A stretch of DNA of 64,000 nt from the human T2T-CHM13v2.0 reference genome, Homo sapiens. Positions within the stretch are counted from its first letter, which is position 1; each line of letters opens with the position of its first letter. Positions 58,901-64,000 of this stretch are shown in pieces. A program made the translations under genes and the position numbers. The notes below the pieces were generated by a model. The model was not told the origin of the DNA, did not search any database, and worked only from the letters and a program-made list of their open reading frames with translations. The stretch lies in NCBI RefSeq assembly GCF_009914755.1, contig NC_060925.1; one strand, written 5' to 3'.

Positions 58901-61900
58901 CCATGGACTCGAATGCAATCATCATCGAATGGAATCGAATGGAATCATCGAATGGACTCGAATGGAATAATCATTGAACGGAATCGAATGGAATCATCAT
59001 CGGATGGAAACGAATGGAATCATCATCGAATGGAAATGAAAGGAGTCATCATCTAATGGAATTGCATGGAATCATCATAAAATGGAATCGAATGGAATCA
59101 ACATCAAATGGAATCAAATGGAATCATTGAACGGAATTGAATGGAATCGTCATCGAATGAATTGACTGCAATCATCGAATGGTCTCGAATGGAATCATCT
59201 TCAAATGGAATGGAATGGAATCATCGCATAGAATCGAATGGAATTATCATCGAATGGAATCGAATGGAATCAACATCAAACGGAAAAAAACGGAATTATC
59301 GAATGGAATCGAAGAGAATCATCGAATGGACCCGAATGGAATCATCTAATGGAATGGAATAATCCATGGACTCGAATGCAATCATCATCGAATGGAATCG
59401 AATGGAATCATCGAATGGACTCGAATGGAATAATCATTGAACGGAATCGAATGGAATCATCATCGGATGGAAATGAATGGAATCATCATCGAATGGAATC
59501 GAATAGAATTATGGAATGAAATCCAGTGTGATCATCATCGAATGGACCCGAATGGAATCATCATACAACGGAAGCTAATGGAATCAACATCGAATGAATC
59601 GAATGGAAACACCATCGAATTGAAACGAATGGAATTATCATGAAATTGTAATGGATGGACTCATCATCGAATGGATTCGAATGGAATCATCGAATAAAAT
59701 TGATTGAAATCATCATCCAATGGAATCGAATGGTATCATTGAATGGAATCGAATGGAATCATCATCAGATGGAAATGAATGGAATCGTCATAGAATGGAA
59801 TCGAATGGATTCATTGAATGGAATCAGATGGAATCATCGAATGGACTGGAATGGAATCATTGAATGGACTCGAAAGGGATCATGATTGAATGGAATTGAA
59901 TGGAATCATCGAATGGTCTCGATTGGAATCATTATCAAATGGAATCGAATGGAATCACCGAATAGAATCGAATGGAACAATCATCGAATGGACTCAAATG
60001 GAATTATCCTCAAATGGAATCGAATGGAATTATCGAATGCAATCGAATGGAATTATCGAATGAAATCGAATAGAATCATCGAAAGGACTCGAATGGAATC
60101 ATCGAATGGAATGGAATGGAACAGTCAATGAACTCGAATGGAATCATCATTGAATGGAATCGAATGGAATCATCGAGTGGAATCAAATGGAATTATGATC
60201 AAATGGAATCGAATGTAATCATCATCAAATGGAATCAAAAATAACCATCATCAATTGGTATTGAATGGAATTGTCATCAAATGGAATTCAAAGGAATCAT
60301 CATCAAATGGAACCGAATGGAATCCTCATTGAATGGAAATGAAAGGGGTCATCATCTAATGGAATCGCATGGAATCATCATCAAATGGAATCGAATGGAA
60401 TCATCATCAAATGGAATCTAATGGAATCATTGAACAGAATTGAATGGAATGGTCATCGAATGAATTGAATGCAATCATCGAGTGGTCTCGAATGGAATCA
60501 TCTTCTAATGGAAACGAATGGAATCATCGCATAGAATCGAATGGAATTATCATCGAATGGAATCGAATGGTATCAACACCAAACGGAAAAAAACGGAATT
60601 ATCGAATGGAATCGAAGAGAATCTTCGAACGGACCCGAATGGAATCATCTAATGGAATGGAATGGAATAATCCATGGACTCGAATGCAATCATCATCGAA
60701 TGGAATCGAATGGAATCATCGAATGGACTCGAATGGAATAATCATTGAACGGAATCGAATGGAATCATCATCGGATGGAAACGAATGGAATCATCATCGA
60801 ATGGAAATGAAAGGAGTCATCATCTAATGGAATTGCATGGAATCATCATAAAATGGAATCGAATGGAATCAACATCAAATGGAATCAAATGGAATCATTG
60901 AACGGAATTGAATGGAATCGTCATCGAATGAATTGAATGCAATCATCGAATGGTCTCGAATGGAATCATCTTCAAATGGAATGGAATGGAATCATCGCAT
61001 AGAATCGAATGGAATTATCATCGAATGGAATCGAATGGAATCAAGATCAAACGGAAAAAAACGGAATTATCGAATGGAATCGAAGAGAATCATCGAATGG
61101 ACCCGAATGGAATCATCTAAAGGAATGGAATGGAATAATCCATGGACTCGAATGCAATCATCATCCAATGGAATCGAATGGAATCATCGAATGGACTCGA
61201 ATGGAATAATCATTGAACGGAATCGAATGGAATCATCATCGGATGGAAATGAATGGAATCATCATCGAATGGAATCGAATAGAATTATGGAATGAAATCC
61301 AGTGTGATCATCATCGAATGGACCCGAATGGAATCATCATCCAACGGAAGCTAATGGAATCAACATCGAATGAATCGAATGGAAACACCATCGAATTGAA
61401 ACGAATGGAATTATCATGAAATTGAAATGGATGGACTCATCATCGAATGGATTCGAATGGAATCATCGAATAAAATTGATTGAAATCATCATCCAATGGA
61501 ATCGAATGGTATCATTGAATGGAATCGAATGGAATCATCATCAGATGGAAATGAATGGAATCGTCATAGAATGGAATCGAATGGATTCATTGAATGGAAT
61601 CAGATGGAATCATCGAATGGACTGGAATGGAATCATTGAATGGACTCGAAAGGGATCATGATTGAATGGAATTGAATGGAATCATCGAATGGTCTCGATT
61701 GGAATCATTATCAAATGGAATCGAATGGAATCACCGAATAGAATCGAATGGAACAGTCATCGAACGGACTCAAATGGAATTATCCTCAAATGGAATCGAA
61801 TGGAATTATCGAATGCAATCGAATGGAATTATCGAATGCAATCGAATAGAATCATCGAATGGACTTGAATGGAATCATCGAATGGAATGGAATGGAACAG

Positions 61901-64000
61901 TCAATGAACTCGAATGGAATCATCATTGAATGGAATCGAATGGAATCATCGAGTGGAATCGAATGGAATTATGATCAAATGGAATCGAATGTAATCCTCA
62001 TCAAATGGAATCAAAAATAACCATCATCAATTGGTATTGAATGGAATTGTCATCAAATGGAATTCAAAGGAATCATCATCAAATGGAACCGAATGGAATC
62101 CTCATTGAATGGAAATGAAAGGGGTCATCATCTAATGGAATCGCATGGAATCATCATCAAATGGAATCGAATGGAATCATCATCAAATGGAATCTAATGG
62201 AATCATTGAACAGAATTGAATGGAATCGTCATCGAATGAATTGAATGCAATCATCGAATGGTCTCGAATGGAATCATCTTCTAATGGAAAGGAATGGAAT
62301 CATCGCATAGAATCGAATGGAATTATCATCGAATGGAATCGAATGGTATCAACACCAAACGGAAAAAAACGGAATTATCGAATGGAATCGAAGAGAATCT
62401 TCGAACGGACCCGAATGGAATCATCTAATGGAATGGAATGGAATAATCCATGGACTCGAATGCAATCATCATCGAATGGAATCGAATGGAATCATCGAAT
62501 GGACTCGAATGGAATAATCATTGAACGGAATCGAATGGAATCATCATCGGATGGAAACGAATGGAATCATCATCGAATGGAAATGAAAGGAGTCATCATC
62601 TAATGGAATTGCATGGAATCATCATAAAATGGAATCGAATGGAATCAACATCAAATGGAATCAAATGGAATCATTGAACGGAATTGAATGGAATCGTCAT
62701 CGAATGAATTGACTGCAATCATCGAATGGTCTCGAATGGAATCATCTTCAAATGGAATGGAATGGAATCATCGCATAGAATCGAATGGAATTATCATCGA
62801 ATGGAATCGAATGGAATCAACATCAAACGGAAAAAAACGGAATTATCGAATGGAATCGAAGAGAATCATCGAATGGACCCGAATGGAATCATCTAATGGA
62901 ATGGAATGGAATAATCCATGGACTCGAATGCAATCATCATCGAATGGAATCGAATGGAATCATCGAATGGACTCGAATGGAATAATCATTGAACGGAATC
63001 GAATGGAATCATCATCGGATGGAAATGAATGGAATCATCATCGAATGGAATCGAATAGAATTATGGAATGAAATCCAGTGTGATCATCATCGAATGGACC
63101 CGAATGGAATCATCATCCAACGGAAGCTAATGGAATCAACATCGAATGAATCAAATGGAAACACCATCGAATTGAAACGAATGGAATTATCATGAAATTG
63201 AAATGGATGGACTCATCATCGAATGGATTCGAATGGAATCATCGAATAAAATTGATTGAAATCATCATCGAATGGAATCGAATGGTATCATTGAATGGAA
63301 TCGAATGGAATCATCATCAGATGGAAATGAATGGAATCGTCATAGAATGGAATCGAATGGATTCATTGAATGGAATCAGATGGAATCATCGAATGGACTG
63401 GAATGGAATCATTGAATGGACTCGAAAGGGATCATGATTGAATGGAATTGAATGGAATCATCGAATGGTCTCGATTGGAATCATTATCAAATGGAATCGA
63501 ATGGAATCACCGAATAGAATCGAATGGAACAATCATCGAATGGACTCAAATGGAATTATCCTCCAATGGAATCGAATGGATTTATCGAATGCAATGGAAT
63601 AGAATCATCGAATGGACTCGAATGGAATTATCGAACGGAATGGAATGGAACAGTCAATGAACTCGAATGGAATCATCATTGAATGGAATCGAATGGAATC
63701 ATCGAGTGGAATCGAATGGAATTATGATCAAATGGAATCGAATGTAATCATCATCAAATGGAATCAAAAATAACCATCATCAATTGGTATTGAATGGAAT
63801 TGTCATCAAATGGAATTCAAAGGAATCATCATCAAATGGAACCGAATGGAATCCTCATTGAATGGAAATGAAAGGGGTCATCATCTAATGGAATCGCATG
63901 GAATCATCATCAAATGGAATCGAATGGAATCATCATCAAATGGAATCTAATGGAATCATTGAACAGAATTGAATGGAATCGTCATCGAATGAATTGAATG

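Larger units (their letters stand above)
1..64000 (-). repeat. Human Satellite 2 (HSat2/HSATII) tandem array, ~1.77-kb higher-order unit (HSat2A type, most consistent with chr1q12)
   Basis: Continuous degenerate GGAAT/GAATG repeat with abundant ATCGAATGGAATC and ATCATCGAATG motifs (reverse complement CATTCGATTCCATTCGATGAT, the HSat2 signature), unlike HSat3's long pure (GGAAT)n runs. A once-per-unit landmark (ORF containing GAAATCCAGTGTGATC) recurs 36 times: 1256, 3009, 4762, 6538, 8314 ... 62989, modal spacing 1776. Strand '-' is relative to the conventional CATTC-strand consensus. Confidence 0.97.
39291..64000. repeat. Distal HSat2 sub-domain with ordered unit haplotypes P-Q-P-Q-X-Y-P-X-Y-P-Q-P-Q-X
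   Basis: Markers per haplotype. P: ATCATACAAC, GAATGAAATCGAATAG, CGAAAGGACTC. Q: ATCAAGATC, CTAAAGG, ACAGTCATCGAACGG, GGACTTGAA, TAATCCTC. X: GGATTTATC...GCAATGGAATAG. Y: CAACAGAAGC, CGAATTCAAAC, CCTTAAA. Confidence 0.8.

Noticed and set aside
512-63660. Hundreds of + strand ORFs of 62-163 aa (MESSSNG.../NGIIEWNR...)
   Set aside because: They are translations of GGAAT/ATC repeats, open in overlapping frames with low-complexity W/N/E/I/S content. They are freely broken by SNPs and frameshifting indels between units and have no recognisable domains or gene structure. Database 'hypothetical proteins' resembling them would most likely be satellite contamination.
1-64000. CRISPR-like array (regular 23-26 bp repeats)
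   Set aside because: There are no unique spacers and no cas genes; the intervening sequence is itself the same satellite.
1-64000. HSat3 (e.g. DYZ1 3.56-kb or chr9) assignment, prompted by the 3552-bp dimer
   Set aside because: HSat3 is dominated by long (GGAAT)n runs. Here runs are at most about 3 pentamers and ATCATCGAATG/ATCGAATG dominate, which is HSat2. The 3552 bp is simply 2x1776.
1-64000. Inversion breakpoint or inserted Alu/L1/other foreign DNA
   Set aside because: The GAATG strand orientation is constant. All unit spacings are explained by satellite-internal indels, leaving no room for an insertion.

Overview
The whole 64 kb is one uninterrupted human Satellite 2 (HSat2/HSATII) array. 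The + strand is the GAATG-rich strand, built from 23-bp (GGAATCATCGAATGGAATCGAAT-like) and 26-bp (extra ATC) monomers. These are organised into about 36 head-to-tail copies of a ~1776-bp higher-order unit with one conserved EcoRI site each (327, 2080, 3833, 5609 ...). This fits the classical 1.77-kb HSat2A repeat best known from chr1q12 pericentromeric heterochromatin; the chromosome assignment is inference. I see no real genes, RNA genes, transposons, CRISPR or strand inversions, and all listed ORFs are translation by-products of the satellite. I cannot support a novel biological system here. The information is in the array architecture. Each unit holds an internal 468-bp tandem dimer. Unit-length variants are 1753, 1776, 1777, 1731, 1771, 1334 and 1972 bp, with microhomology-flanked junctions at the larger ones. 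SNP-defined unit haplotypes form super-repeats (3.55-kb dimer, ~5.3-kb trimers, a 16.1-kb period and a 33.7-kb-distant duplication) and split the window into distinct sub-domains.
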